From Chrysomallon squamiferum (Eukaryota; Animalia; Mollusca), in NCBI GenBank assembly GCA_012295275.1, contig CM022673.1:4092001-4156000 (forward strand): a stretch of DNA of 64,000 bases, read 5' to 3'. The position numbers and the translations under genes were made by a program. The notes beneath the pieces were generated by a model that ran no database searches, was not told the DNA's origin, and saw nothing but the letters and a program-made list of their open reading frames with translations. Shown here piece by piece: positions 1-14,713 of the stretch (the first letter of the stretch is position 1; each line of letters starts with the position of its first letter).

Positions 1-808
1 CAGGGAAACATAATAGAAAAAACTTACTGTGAGAAACACACCAACACAATCATTCCCTCGTATTTACATACATGAATGCAAGATGAACGAAACATCTGAT
101 GATTAAATACAAATAAACAAGATAAAACTCACATTTAGCATTCTTGGTGGATATAAGTTTCCAGTGTACCTTTATATTCCAATATAAATAAATACAACAT
201 ATGAAGCAACACCAGTTATTGATGATTTCGCAGTTTTCATCACTGCTATAAAACTATGAATTTAATTGTAACTGCTTGTTATTTGATAAAACAAGCAATA
301 ATGGAATGGTGTAAACAGTCTTCATTTCAGATTTATTTATAGGTAGCAACGATATTTATTTAAATAAAAAACAATAACATTTTCTAGATTAACACATACA
401 TTTATGGAGAGATGAGTTTTGAAATGTGTTATTTATTTATATTGTAAAAAAGGTTTTGGTGATGTGACTATCTGGTAATTAATTCACTCCTGGTCTAAAT
501 TCAGAAGCCATTCCATTCTTAATAACATTAATCACTTGTCTGCATGTGTTGAGTATCAAACTCTTGTTTTACATGTAGCAAATTGTAGGTATTTAATATG
601 TTTATGTAAACTGTCAGCTATTTTTCACTGTGTATATACTGTAAATACTGACAGTATTTGTGTCACCTGATGGTCCCTTATTTCCAATTATTATATAACC
701 TTTTTTTTTCTTTAAAAAAAAAAAAAAAAAAAATGACAATCATTTTCCTAGATAATTTTTTGATTTTAAATAAAGTTAAGAAAATTCTGGCATTTATATA
801 TATTATAT

Positions 809-840
<32 letters not shown>

Positions 841-1130
841 GAAATGTTAGAAAATAAAAAACATTTAACATTAACTACCCAATAATATAATTATATAAAT
901 GTATCACAATATCATCTACTAGACCATATCCTTTTCCTTTTAAGCTTATTTCTATTTTCAGAGGAATTAAAAGTCAAATAATAATAGATTCTAAAATATG
1001 ATATATTCAATTGCACTGATCCCAACTTACAATTTGGTGAGATCAGAAGGAATGCCTGAATGTACTACTGTTCTGCTTCAATACCTGAGGCTCAGTTTCT
1101 GTAACGCATGTAACAGGATTTCACAAGTGA

Positions 1131-4100
1131 CTAATGTTCCAAAGACAAAACAAGAATGATTGTAACAATAACAGCAATGACTACAAATGTCACTAACAAA
1201 CAACACATCTTCTTTCTTGAGGATTTCTGAAAATACAAAACATCATAAAAGTCCCAAATGACAATTTTAAATTCTTCATTTAGAAATAGCAAATCATAGG
1301 TAATTAATGTGATTTTGTAAATTACATCATCTAATTTTTATATATATATGTGTATATATATACATATATATATATTTAAATACACTGAAGATATTTGTGA
1401 TACCAGATGATCACATAGTTTCATTAGTTCTCTAATGCTGAACTGATTATCTCCACTGCCAGACATACTGTGTGAGAATATGAGAGTTATCACATGATTA
1501 TCTAACCTTTCTTAAATTATAACTGCAGCTGCCTGTATAACATGAAATATTTTATGGAGCAGAAATAATGAATAAATGAACAAATTTATCCTTTGTATGC
1601 TAAGACCATTTTAGTGCCTGGATAAGTTAGTATGCTCCGAGATGAAAATGTTTTAAATTCACTGTTATATAAGATTTGGAATAATGGCTATATAAGATTC
1701 TGAATTTATGTTCCATATCATTCTGAATTATGGCTATAGTTAAAAATTAAATATAGATATTTGATTCGTAACTATGCTTATATCAGAAATAATCAGTTAT
1801 GACATTAATAGTTTTTTAAATGATAAAATACCTGGTATTTGGATGCCTTGAGAAGTTGCTGGTTTCCAGACTCTACATTACCATGTGTCTTTTCCACATT
1901 GGCTTCAATTGTATCTGAAGCAAATAAATAAATAATTAATAACAAAAAATCATTTTACGACATCAACTTTTTATCAAACAAAAATAATAATAAATGTTTT
2001 TATAAAATTTTATATATATATATATATATATATTTATAAAAAGTAATACGAACAACGTAAATTACATTATAAAAGTCTATTTGGATGCTTACCAATTACC
2101 TCCCCTTGCTCTGATATCATGGCTCCAAGATCACGGAAAATCTCATTAACATCCAAAATATCAGACTGAAACACAAACATTAAAACAAAACATTACTAAT
2201 TTTTTAAATAATTAAAATTTAATATCATTAATTTAAATATAATAAAAAAACTAGAATAGAATCAACATCAACATGTCTTAAGAATTTAGTACTTTTCAGA
2301 TTTAGATTAAATATCTTTTTGATTATTAAGAATATTATTAATAACAAAACGTTCTGAAAGTAATTCAGGAACAGTTTATAACTGATATTTATTCATTGTG
2401 GAAAAGATGAACAAAACCACGTTTACGTAGATCATGGCACACAAACATTGACACACAAAAAAAAAAAAAAAAGAAAAAAAAAAAATGAAACTCTCCTTTC
2501 AAAAAAACAAACCAAAACAACCCATAACATCTCTTCAACCAAAAAAATACATCTTTTCTGATTTGTTGAAAAATCCTGAATGTTCCAAAATGTAGTGAAT
2601 GAATCTGTTTAAATGAACTGTACCTCTAGCTGCCGAATCCTTTCTTCCCGGTCCTGAATCAGAGAAAGGTCATCATCAATAACCTGCTCCTGAGCCTGCA
2701 GCATGGCTCTTCTGTTTTCCTCCTCCACAAGTCCTGTTTTGTCAGAGTCGTCCTACAAGTAAGTACACATTGGCACAGATACATTTCTAACGTCACTAAA
2801 ATATAGATTTTCAAGTTCAAAATATAAACATTTAAAAGAGATTTTGAATGGATGCATGAGTGAGTAATGTGGTTAACATTTGTTTATCATTTGGCATAGA
2901 TATACATGTCATAAATATTTTTAATATTTTTAAGATATAGCTTGCTAATAGCTGAATATAAATATTTAAAAGAGATTTTGAGTGGATGCATGATTGAGTA
3001 ACATGGCTAACAATTGTTTGTACATTCTTGAATACAGAAAAGAGTAACCTAAGTTAGTCATAGTAAAGTCAACGGATTCCTAACCAAACAGTTCACAAAA
3101 CCTGGGAAAATATCTTTACAATTGTTTTTTTAATTTTGTCATATTTTGTTATAGCAAAAAATGGTTAATAGATAAAACGATTATCTGAAAATGTACAAAA
3201 GATATTATTAACTACATTTGTTAATGTGAAAGGTACAATCTTTAATATATTTTATATATATATATATATTATTGATTATTATGTATTTACATTCCATCCT
3301 GTTAAGTCAATCAGTGGTTGTTTCTTGGGACCAGCATGCTGGGATCCCAGTGGGGCAGAGGATTTCACCTTTTCAGCAGCTTTCTGAAATGTGAAAAATG
3401 AAAATACTTATAAAGTACAGGTTTCATATTATCTTCAACAGGTCTAGTTTTCTGGAAAAATACTTAAGGTAAATCTTATTAATGAGTTTTAAATACCAAG
3501 TTGGGATGGATTTCTGAATATGTTTGTTTGTGTTATGTTACATAAAAACGTTTTTTAAGTATCCAACAGATATTGACAATTCCAGATCATTATTATTTAT
3601 TTTAGTGAAATCTAATTTAATTATTTGTAAATATTAACCTTTTGTAGAATCTGAAATCTTTGAACAGCTTCTTGAAAATCATTCTTAAGTCTGTCAAGCT
3701 GCAGTTTTTGTTGCTGAAATGAAAAAGAAAAACAAATTTAAAAAATAAATGAACATATATAGTAGTTTCTAAATAATATCTGAAGTTAAAGAGATAAAAT
3801 TATTTGTTAATAACAATTTTAGAAAATTAAATCTATTATAATGACAATTACTGATATTTAAGTTGTTAACTTTTTAAATGTTTCATGTTTTAATCTAGAA
3901 AAGTTAATAGATATTTTAAATACGTTATCTATGGCAATAAACTCAAAATTATTATTTCCATTCAATTTAAAATTATAACTGAATTAAATAAGCATTTTAA
4001 ATTAATAATTTATTGACTAAAAAAACCCATTAGAAATAAATGAATGGTGTCTCTAAATATCATCTAAAACTTAAAATTTTTAAAATGTTTATCCTATCTA

Positions 4101-5330
4101 AAATAAAGATTTTACCCTGTCTGCAGTTTTGGTTCCAGCAGATTTTATAAGCTGCGATGTTGTTTTCACTCGTCTGTTTGTTGCTAATGATGCTTCATGT
4201 CTGTAAAATTACATTAAAAAATAAGACAAAATAGTAATTTAATCATACATGCACCAGTCTATATATTTGATGTGACTGTATGATACACACAACATACTAA
4301 AACAATAAAAAAGATTATTATTATTAGTAGTATTATTATTATTTTAAATAATATTATTAATAAACAACTTACATTTTGTTTCCAAGTTCTACACTGTCTT
4401 TGTCTGTTCCTATACTTTTCATCGCACGATCAATAATATTAGCTGAATTTTAGAAATATTAAAAAGAAAATTTAAACTTTGTTTATTATTCAGTATTTTG
4501 TAAGAACTCTGTTAATGAACTCACATTAAATGATTTTATGTTTCTGACAGCAAAAGATTAAATATGATTTTGTTACAATAAGTAATAATATTTCTAAAGG
4601 AGTTGAGTACATTTTTCAATATTATAATGTGCATATTTGCATTTTTGTTATTTAAAAACATAAATAAATAAATAAATAAAATAACAACCCCCCCAAAAAA
4701 AATTGCATTATGCATAAAGATATATAAAGCAGATACACAAGACATGGGCATAATAAATGAGAACATATATTTAATATTACATATATAATCCAAAAAACCC
4801 CACCCGAAACACATAATAAGATGTTTTCATAAAAAATATTAAAAACAAACATAATAAATTAGAATATCATAAAAATATTAGTTCTCACTATGGCAAATTT
4901 AATGCATTCATAATTTTTGAATATATTTAAATATTCTACAGTCAAATGAAATTGAAAATGAAGACAAACACTCTATGTTCATTACTTACCACCATTATTG
5001 ATCTGGAATATGTTATTCCTGATTTGTTCAAATAATTCAGAAGCTGTGAAGCCTACAAACAAAAAATTAACTCAAAAATTAATATTTTTAATTACTAGTT
5101 TAATTCAGTGTCTAACATTACTAATTATTTTAAATAAAAAGTTAAAATATTTTTTTGAAAAATAGGACAGTGAGACAGGGAGACCGATCTGTAAAATATT
5201 TCTTAAATGAAGTAACAATTCATATTCCCCATTTAAATCATTACCAAGAGTTATTTTCCATCATGTACTTTTGTAAAACAAAAATACACCTACAAACCAT
5301 GACATGCTGTAGAAACTGTTTGATAAATCA

Positions 5331-5361
<31 letters not shown>

Positions 5362-5582
5362 GAAGGAACATTTGGTACTAAACATCTATACACTGTTAAT
5401 AGTCTAAGTATATGCAAATTTTTATGAGTAATATTCTGGGATCTGGGTAAGACATGTCATGGTGTGTAGTATGTCAACGATGATGTCAACATACGTAGAG
5501 GTCTCTGGGGATTGTCCCTGTATTCTGTTCTTCCGGGTTCATCATGGTACTCACCCATGGTGCCATACTGCCCTGTTGACAT
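1131..5582 (-). CDS. STX7: Syntaxin-7/12-like endosomal Qa-SNARE, 10 coding exons, ~284 aa
   Basis: Hand-spliced GT-AG exons: 5582-5495, 5052-4990, 4442-4373, 4200-4116, 3713-3639, 3383-3291, 2752-2624, 2165-2093, 1914-1832, 1226-1131 (855 nt, phases consistent). The protein has a Habc region (IGTDKDSVEL; QQKLQLDRLKNDFQEAVQRFQ), a SNARE motif ([43 protein letters not shown]) and a C-terminal TM (KSSRKKMCCLLVTFVVIAVIVTIILVLSL). STX7 vs STX12 cannot be resolved; an invertebrate gene is likely co-orthologous to both. Confidence 0.95.
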
Positions 5583-6149
5583 CTTATATTTTGTCTAAAA
5601 ATAAACAAATATTTTCAGAAATAATTATTTCTGTTAAAACATTAGTAACTGTTACACTAATTTACAGTTTGATAAGCTGTTTTATTACTATATTAGTCTA
5701 TTACATCACTGAAAAAATGTTTTGGTTAGCAAAATAGCTGTCTGTCAATATTTAAACCGATAAAAATGTGAGAAATAAACCATGTAATAATAATATAACA
5801 ATAATAACATTAATAATAATTGCTGTGACAACTGACATGCTAATCTTTTCTCAATATATTTGGTTATAAATCTTGATGCTGGTGCAAAATACACGCAATA
5901 ATCTTATTACAATAAAAATAATAAACTAAACAGATATTAATATTTTAGTAACAAAATCAAAAATTAAATCCTTTTGACGTTTTGTATACTTTAAAATATT
6001 TAAAAGGAATTTATAATGTTTTTAAATTCATACATACCAGTAACAAATAGATATGCGAAAATTATAAAAAATGCTTATAGACTTTTCAAAACAATTTATT
6101 ATTATTATTTTTTTAAAGGATCATCGGAAGACCTATAATCTATTCTCAC

Positions 6150-6300
6150 ATGACAATGTACGCAAAAGTTATATTCCTTCGAAAGTTCACTTCCGGGATC
6201 TATTTCCTTGAGATAGACTGGTGTACGGTAAAAGTATTCCACCTAACAAAATACGCTTATTCCTCTCGCCCTAACAACTTGCTCATTTCTCGCGACTATT
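6150..6300 (-). promoter_or_regulatory. Probable promoter/5' end of the syntaxin gene
   Basis: Local CpG enrichment and an ETS-like CACTTCCGG motif (~6188-6196) upstream of the first coding exon. Possible 5'UTR donor GTATGT near 6037. Confidence 0.4.
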
Positions 6301-6313
6301 ACAATACCTTCGA

Positions 6314-6347
<34 letters not shown>

Positions 6348-6714
6348 GACAACAGCAACACTATAAATAATAATTTTTAAAAAAGCCCAAAAGATGATAT
6401 TTGTTGTCAGTTTCCTTATAATTGCTATATAATTTTAGCTGTGTAAAATAATTAAAAAAATGTATAAAATAGTTAGTTACTCGTTGGTGAAAGTAACCAG
6501 GAAGTGGTCATTTAATGTCTTAAATGATTTTATTAATTGCCATATTACTAACTCATGCTATACTGGACATCCGGATTTTCTCCACAAGTTTAATAATATT
6601 TAAATATTTATAAATTGCATCAAAAACATAATTATAAAACAAATTAAATGTTAGTTTGTTTACTGGGTTTTTTTCTCATTTAATTGCTGTTGTTGTCTTC
6701 TAAAATATATATAC

Positions 6715-6934
6715 CATGGCCGTAACTAGACTCTTTTTGAAATAAGGCAGAAACTGATGTCTTTGAAGTCAGTTATGTCTTTCGTAGCATTGGTGAATAT
6801 TGTTTCTATCGGAATAGAGATTTATATTTTATATTTTTAAAATAAAATCTTTGTACAAAAAAAAAAAAGAAAAAAAAAAAAAGAAATTGTCAGTTTCGGT
6901 ATGTGGCATTTGCCTCAAAGTAGTTACGGCCATG
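6715..6934. mobile_element. 220-bp MITE with 14-bp perfect TIRs (hAT-like termini)
   Basis: CATGGCCGTAACTA at 6715 and TAGTTACGGCCATG ending at 6934. No clear TSD is retained. Confidence 0.6.
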
Positions 6935-7467
6935 CATTCAATGTGTAAAGATCTAATTCTGTGAAAATAAAAATAAATAAAAACTTGCACGTCTCTATAT
7001 TAACCGATTTTATCATTTATAAATATCAGTTCATCTCTGTTTTGTCATCAACCGCCTTCATAAAAGTAGATCAAGTAGGCTGTTGTAAGCAGTTTTAAAG
7101 AATAAGATGTTGTGTGTGTAACAGACACCTCGCCTTGATCTGAACCTTTTTTTTTTCTTAATGCATCAAAATACTTTTACAGTGTATAATGTTTTAAAAT
7201 TGTACATCCTATGCCAATCCTCTATAACTGACGAAGTTATTTCAAAATTATATTATTATTATTATTATAACAAGTAACTAAACTAACACGATACGGACAT
7301 TAATAAAACATTTTTTTTTTTTTTTTTTTATTTACTTACATAATTACTGGGTACAGCTAAATATAAAAGGTTATACATAGTACACCACTAAATATTTTTT
7401 CTCTGACAAACAAGAAAACAAACAAATAAAATTATTTTAATTGCTTTATTTTGGATGAGATGACGGT

Positions 7468-7569
7468 TTATGATGGAAGTGACAGATGACTGAGGTAACT
7501 AATGCTTATCCCGCCTCCATTGACGAGAGTTTTCACATGCCAGCCACCTTCAGGATAAGTTACTGCAAA

Positions 7570-7607
<38 letters not shown>

Positions 7608-9489
7608 CCTAACAATAATAATAAATAAATAGCAATAATAATAAGAAGAAGAAGAAGAAGAAGAAAAAAAAAAAAAGAAGAAGAAGAACAATAATATAAT
7701 GCTACTATTAAATTAATAATGATGTAGTTGTATTTTAACTACTACCACTACTACCACTGCTGCTACTACTACTACCACCACTCCTATTACTATTAAACCT
7801 ACAACTACTACTACAACCATTTCTTCCTCTTATATACCCACAGTTCAGAACAGTCTTATTTGACAGAATACCGTTAATACAATACTTACGAATGTCCCCT
7901 TCGTTCATGGTGACATGAAAAGAGTAACACTTCTCAGAGCATTCTTTTAAAGGTGTGAATAAAAGTATTTTCGTTCCTTTCCCCTGAACATACCATGTGT
8001 TTTCACCAGCATTGGTCTCCGGCTGAAAGTATATGTATGTATGTGTATATACATGTACATTTGCATGTATATACATGCATACAGAGTTATATGTATTTAT
8101 CTACCTACATGTACATTTGCATATACATACATACATAGAGTTATATGTATTTATCTACATACATGTATACACAAACATACATCAATATAAATTTCATATA
8201 TACAAACACACACATATAAAGATAAAACATACATGCACATATAAACATGTATATAATAATATACGTCTGCGCGCGTGTGTTTGTGTTTGTGTTCATGTAG
8301 ACCTACCCAAAGCAATCATGATCTTACCAGCTGATATTCAGAAGAATGTGGCCCATCTATGAATACATATTTTACTACTGAAGATTCAGTTTCTGGTGGG
8401 AAAATCTTTGGACGCGGAAACATTTTTCTCATGAGCTGACCATCAAACAGCTGATTTCGACTATTCCTGTAATATAAGAAATGCATCAAAAAAATAAATA
8501 AATAAATAAATAAATAAATATTCAGTGGACAACAGTGTCAAACAATGGTAGCCTCTTTCTGCTGCTGTGTGGCAAACGGGTCAACATACTCTTTTTTAAG
8601 AGAAAATAAATGTTTTAAGTATATTTTATCATTACACTTTGAACAGCGTCTTTTCTTTTCTATTCATTTTTAAATTAGCTTATACACCCACAAACGTAGG
8701 CACACACCTACAGATATATACGATTATGTCTAGTTTTATGACATGCAGATCTTACCATACAACGTGAAAATCTTTTTCTTCTGAAATTTTCTTCGCCAAG
8801 TTGTCGTCTGCTAAATCCTGCAGTTTCTTTACCCACGAAACTGACGACCAGATTCCATTTCCAACAGTATTTTTATTCTTCTCGATAAGCGAAACTAACT
8901 CTTCAACGGTTACGTTCTTCGGCATCATTTTCTGAAATAAATAATTGTACATATTGTTGAGCTGAATATATTTAAAATTATCGGTAAAGAAATGTACGGG
9001 TTTAAACTGCTGCCTTTGAAGATCTGGCGATTACTTTCTGTGCCATGACGATAATTTGATTAAAAATGGTCTGTATATATTGTATTACAGGTTTTGATAA
9101 TGCAAAAGTTCAAAATAGTAGTAATAATAATAATATTAATAATAATAATAAAATAAATTAGTCAACTAGAATAAAGTTATATAAAAAAAAAAAATAATAA
9201 TAATAATAATAATAAATAATAAAAAATGGTAAATAAAAAATTAAATAATAATAACAACAATAAAATAATAATAATAATAATAATAAGTAAGAAAGAAAGA
9301 AACCCCCCCTCCAAGCCCCCCCCCCAAAAAACACGAAAAAACAACAGTTAATAATCTATGGTTTGATGTCAAAAATAAAACAACAAAATTACATTAGTTA
9401 ATATTGCAATAGCCTTACTATATTATCATACATTATTAGTAGTTAATATTAATTAGCAGAAATTAATCAGTTATTTAATATATATTTAA

Positions 9490-9522
<33 letters not shown>

Positions 9523-10202
9523 TATTATTATTATTATTATTATAAATAAATAAATAAATAAATAAATAAAATAAAAAAAAAAAAAAAAACCAAAAAAACC
9601 AGTAGGCATGTATATTATGTCATTACTATAGATTTATATTCTAGGACGAATGCTTTAATCAACAATGTCCAGGTAATAATATTAGTTTTCTACTTACCCT
9701 GTGAACCAACACGTAACTGAATAGGAACGACTTCATTGCTTTGAGTGGGCTCTTGAACTGTTTGACAAACTTACGATCTTCACAAATATAACAACCTGTT
9801 GTGGCTGGATTATTCCATAACGGGTTTTCTACAATACAGTCAGCGTAGTAGTGTCCTAGATAAATACAAAAAGTACAAGAGGAAATTATAGGAAAAATAT
9901 ATGTAAGAGAGATTAAAAGATATCAATATAGCAGAATGCTATGTCACTCTGTATGTAAATGATGTCGTATTATATTTACATTGTCTCTTTGGGTACACAC
10001 ATCGTGCTTTCGTGAAATGGCTTACCCAGTTTTCAGATTATTTATTTTGGGTATTCTTTCAATGAAATTTAAAGATTTCAAAATCTAACTGGACTAGTTG
10101 TGTATGTTAACCAAGGATCATCAGTAAAAAGATTATTCTAAGATATTTTATAGAATAGGTCTTCTCAGATTAGACATTGCGTCATCATTATTATGTAGTT
10201 AC

Positions 10203-10240
<38 letters not shown>

Positions 10241-10882
10241 TAATATTATTAATATTATTATTATTATTTTAAAGAATAAATGTTCAATGATCCCTAACCG
10301 CTGGAAAAAAAAAATAATAATAATAAAAAAAAAATAATAATTAAATAAAAAAATTAATTTAAAAAATAATAATAATAAATAAAAAAGCTATCAAAAAGAA
10401 AGTAATAATCTAAAATAAAATAAAACAAAACAAAACAAAACAAAATAAATAAATAAATATGATAATTTTGATACGTGATTAAAGAAATATTCAATCATTC
10501 GTACTACAAACGTACCAGAAAAATCCAGATAAGGTATGAAATACGAAGCTAATCGTCTGTAAGGACTCATGACCGCGTACATGGCATTGGAGGATGCTTC
10601 AGCCGGTAGTACATATAAAACCATTCCAACTGCCGGGGTGTTCAGCACAATCAGTAGCAAAATGGGCGACACCGCACAAGCCAAATACAACAAATGTCGA
10701 CGTGTAGTGTTCTTGTATATCTCTTCTGCTGACTCTCTCCATAGATCCATCCATCTGACGGGACATACTTCGAACAAACATCCGTCAATATCATCATCGC
10801 TCAGTCCCCATTTTTGTCCAAGTTTTCGAAGTTCGGCTGTTTCATTGTTTAAAAAGGCAGAACTGTTCGCGTCTGATTCCAT
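7468..10882 (-). CDS. C6orf89/BRAP (bombesin receptor-activated protein)-like type II membrane protein, paralog A, 6 exons, ~355 aa
   Basis: Exons 10882-10516, 9855-9698, 8931-8756, 8466-8328, 8022-7890, 7562-7468 (1068 nt, GT-AG, phases 1/0/2/0/1). N-terminal TM, then C-x3-NPLW..CxxC, LMRKMFPRP and QGKGTKILLFTPLKECSEKCYSFHVTMNEGDI, which resembles human C6orf89 (GSGEAMLQLIPPFQCRRHCQSVAMPIEPGDI, recalled from memory). Confidence 0.85.
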
Positions 10883-11407
10883 GATGGAAATGTCTAAGCG
10901 TCAATAAGCATGTGCGAATATAACTGAAAAGCATGCGAGTCCGCCGTCACGTAGTCGTTTAGAAGGTACGGCGACAACAACATCTGCTGCACGACGGTTC
11001 GCACCTCGGGATACACCAGCGCATTATGATCAAACTAACAACCAGTTTAATTGTTGTCATGTATTATAATATTAATTATCCTCTCTATATAACCCATATT
11101 TTGCTTTGTCTGTCACCAGCATGGCCATTAAAATTTCAGTGTTCTGTTTGGTAACAGTTATTTATGATTGGTTTATCCACGGCCTTTTTAAAGACATTTT
11201 TTGTATCTACAGGTCCTGTTTCTGATTCACATGTTTCAAATTACAACATAATTTACATTTCTTATTATGTGTAAACAGCAAGAGTTTGAAATTACAACTG
11301 ATATTGACTAGTTAGCTTGAAGGACACATGATATTAACAGAATTATTGTAAGTTCTGCGTAATAACAGATGTATAATTCTCTTGATATAACTTATTTTTC
11401 TCATTTT

Positions 11408-11464
<57 letters not shown>

Positions 11465-11473
<9 letters not shown>

Positions 11474-11625
11474 TCCTTTTCTGAGCGCGAAGTGGACTAG
11501 CAGTGTCACCTTTTTGGTGACTCGCTCCTAGTCATTGATGACCGTTCCTCTCTTCCTTTCGTGGGGAGTTGGAGGAACAGGAGGCATTCCAAGTGGTCTA
11601 CAACCAACTTTTTAAAAATCAAAAA
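11465..11625 (-). repeat. Interspersed repeat with hairpin next to a (GA)n tract; inverted copy of 42331-42490
   Basis: Near-identical reverse complement of 42331-42490. Contains the stem-loop GTCACC-TTTTT-GGTGAC and abuts (GA)n at 11412-11470. Confidence 0.85.
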
Positions 11626-12283
11626 CAAGTCTTTATTAAAAGGACTGACCTTAATTTAATGAATTTATCTCAGATAGTTTTATTTATTTATTTTAAATAA
11701 TGGCGATCAATCTCGTTTCAATCTCATTTCAGCTCCTGACAATTAATATAATAGCGAAGAAATACCTGACAATTTTTTCTTTCTTTCCTCTTTATTTCAT
11801 TAAAATTCAAATTAACAATGTATATGTTGTATTTTTGTTTACACGGAAATATATATATTTATTTAAAAAAAAAAAAAAGCCTGAAGCAAATAAATCAAAA
11901 TGAAAGTATAGAGCTATATTAGTTTGATCCAAGGATAAGATCATTTGAATATATGATAGTAAATACTTAGCTAAATACTTACATATAAATGCCATATAAA
12001 TAGATAATTAGATAAATGATTAATTTATTATATAAAATCGCTATCGCCATCCATCTATCCATCAAAAAGGTATTATAGATAGACTGAAATTTATTTTATA
12101 AAAATATATATAATTTACGTTTCAAAATCAGTTTTATTAGGTGTACTTTTGTGCATCTGTATCAGTTAGTGTAATCAAGTCTTTTCATAGGTTTTGTTCA
12201 TCTGATTGTTAGAAAAAGCTACTATTTGTTTTTTTGTTTGTTTTTAATTTTAAATTAGTTTTAGCTACAAGTTGCATTTTTTC

Positions 12284-14677
12284 TTAATACACCATGATAA
12301 CATTTGCCACAGAGCTGATGCTGACGTCTTGACCATTGGAAAGCACAGAAACATCCCAGAGTTCTGCTGAGTAGGTGACTAAGAAAAGAAATAAGAAACA
12401 AAATATATTTATACATATATGGACTGTGTAACTGCAAAATCAATAAATAAAAAAGAAAAATAAACCTGTCAGGAAGGAAAAACAAACAACAAATAATTTT
12501 TAAAAATACTACATAATGTAAGAAAAGAAAGTTATGAAAAATTAGCTGAAAGTAATCTTTTATTTATACCTTCCCACAGAAAGTACAATACTGTGTTATA
12601 ATATTTACACTGAGAAATAGGAAATAGCATGGAATCTCAAGTGAACGGTACTGTTTCTGTGTATTCTAATTACCAGGTATATGTACGTTTGAGAAAGCAC
12701 ACCAACATTTACCTATGTCCCTCTCGGTCACATTTACTTCAAAACTAGGACAACGATCTTCACATATTTTCACTGGAGTGAATTTCAGCATCCTGCTGCC
12801 TAGCCCTTGAGAATACAATGTGAGACCATTATCCCAATTAGGCTAAAATATAAAAAAATAAATGAATTAAAAAAATGAGTTTCATATACAATAAAGTTAA
12901 TAAAAACAGTTCAATATAAATATTAAATTTAATGTCATCTATCTGTCTGTCTGTCTGTCCACCAATGATATGGCTGTAGAATACATCTAGCCATCAGAAA
13001 CAATTTTGCATGATGGTTTCTGATAAATACATACTCAAAACAAAGTATTGATTACCAGTTGATACTCTGAAGCATTTGGACCATCAACAGCAAGGTATTT
13101 TGTTGTTGATGTTATACATTTGTCATTCTTTAATAAACGTGGTGTTGGGAAAAGGATTCTCATTATATGTCTGATCTGCAAATCCTGGTGACTGTTCCTG
13201 TAATAAGAACATTAAAAAAAACTAAAATGTTTAAAAATATTTAAATTATTATCACTGTTAAAACAAACAACAAAAAATAGGGGGGAAAAAATCACAATTC
13301 AAATGCAAATGCAAATTACAATTGTTTGCTTGTTTTAATTTTAAGTATACTATACTTCCAGCTATTGTATTTTTCCTTTATTGCCTTTTCTAACTATACT
13401 GTCAACACTGCTTAAAAACAAAATTCATGTAGACCTACCCAAAGCAATCATAATCTTACCAGTGAAATTTAAAATCATGTGATTCCTTGATTTTCTTCAT
13501 AGTAGCATTATTGACAAAGTCGAGTGCAGTCAAACTCCAGTGAACAGTAGATGCACAGTGAGATGTCGATCTTGACAGGTCAACTTTGCTTTTCTGTACC
13601 TCAGTTTTGATATCTTCCAGATGCACAGATCTTGGAAGCAGGTTCTAAATATTATGTTAAACAAATCATTTAAAAAACCAGAATGTTATGTTTACAAAGA
13701 GCCACTGAATTAGCAGAAGTGTTTACTGATTATTCAGTCAGTAACAGTGCAACTGATAGTTGTAGCTCACAGTAATCCAGTAATCATTACATGGAGCCTT
13801 CACACGTTCACTGCTACTAAAACCCATCATTACATAGAGTGATTTAAAGTAGGTAGCGATAGAAAGTTATGTTTCACCCATTCACTATACAAAATGTGCA
13901 AAATTGTTGGTTTTTAATATTTTCAAACTTATCTTTTGTAACATTATGAATGACATGGATATAATGATGAACATTTGCTCTTGAACTGTGTGTTGTTTGT
14001 ATGAATTTATAATCTGCACTTTCAACCTGGACAGCTATATGGCTGGATTTACCATCATTGGAAAGCTATTAAAATGTACTTTGTAATGATATGTGGCAAG
14101 ACGATACAAAAACAAAATAAACATATCTTTCTTAAAAAATCAGCTTCAGACTTAAATTACAATATACTGCTATAAGTTTACGATAGTATCTATGGTATCA
14201 TCCGAAAAACAAATGGGCAGCGTCACTTTCCAGTATAACTACTGAGCGACTGAATGTTTTTGTGTTCAAAATAGTAAAGTTTATTGACGAATTTGATCTC
14301 TTCTTGACTGAAATCAGCAGCATAGGTCAGTTGTTAAGATCATTTAATTAATCTTTCATATGGACATAGTCAAGAATTCATTTAATTTTATCTAACTGTT
14401 TTGTATCTGATTATCATGTATATAAATTTTGCTCTGAACTGTAAAGTTTATTGATGAATTCAATCTCAGTTTTCTTTTAAATATTGCATATTCAGCCTTG
14501 AAAATCTGTGAGATACTTTTTGTTAGTAATAATACAGATCTTAACGTAGAGTCACTGTCATTGTGATTTAATCAAGTTAGTTTTGGCCATGAATTTTTTT
14601 CTTCTATATTTGTATTCATAGATTTTTTTTAATAAAAAAATAATAATAATAAATAAATAAGGAAATAAATAAATTAA

Positions 14678-14713
<36 letters not shown>

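Noticed and set aside
2821-3020. ~65-bp direct duplication in a syntaxin intron
   Set aside because: An ordinary diverged local duplication with no exon potential.
13840-14560. Possible TTAA-flanked DNA transposon in paralog B intron 2
   Set aside because: I could not find matching terminal inverted repeats.
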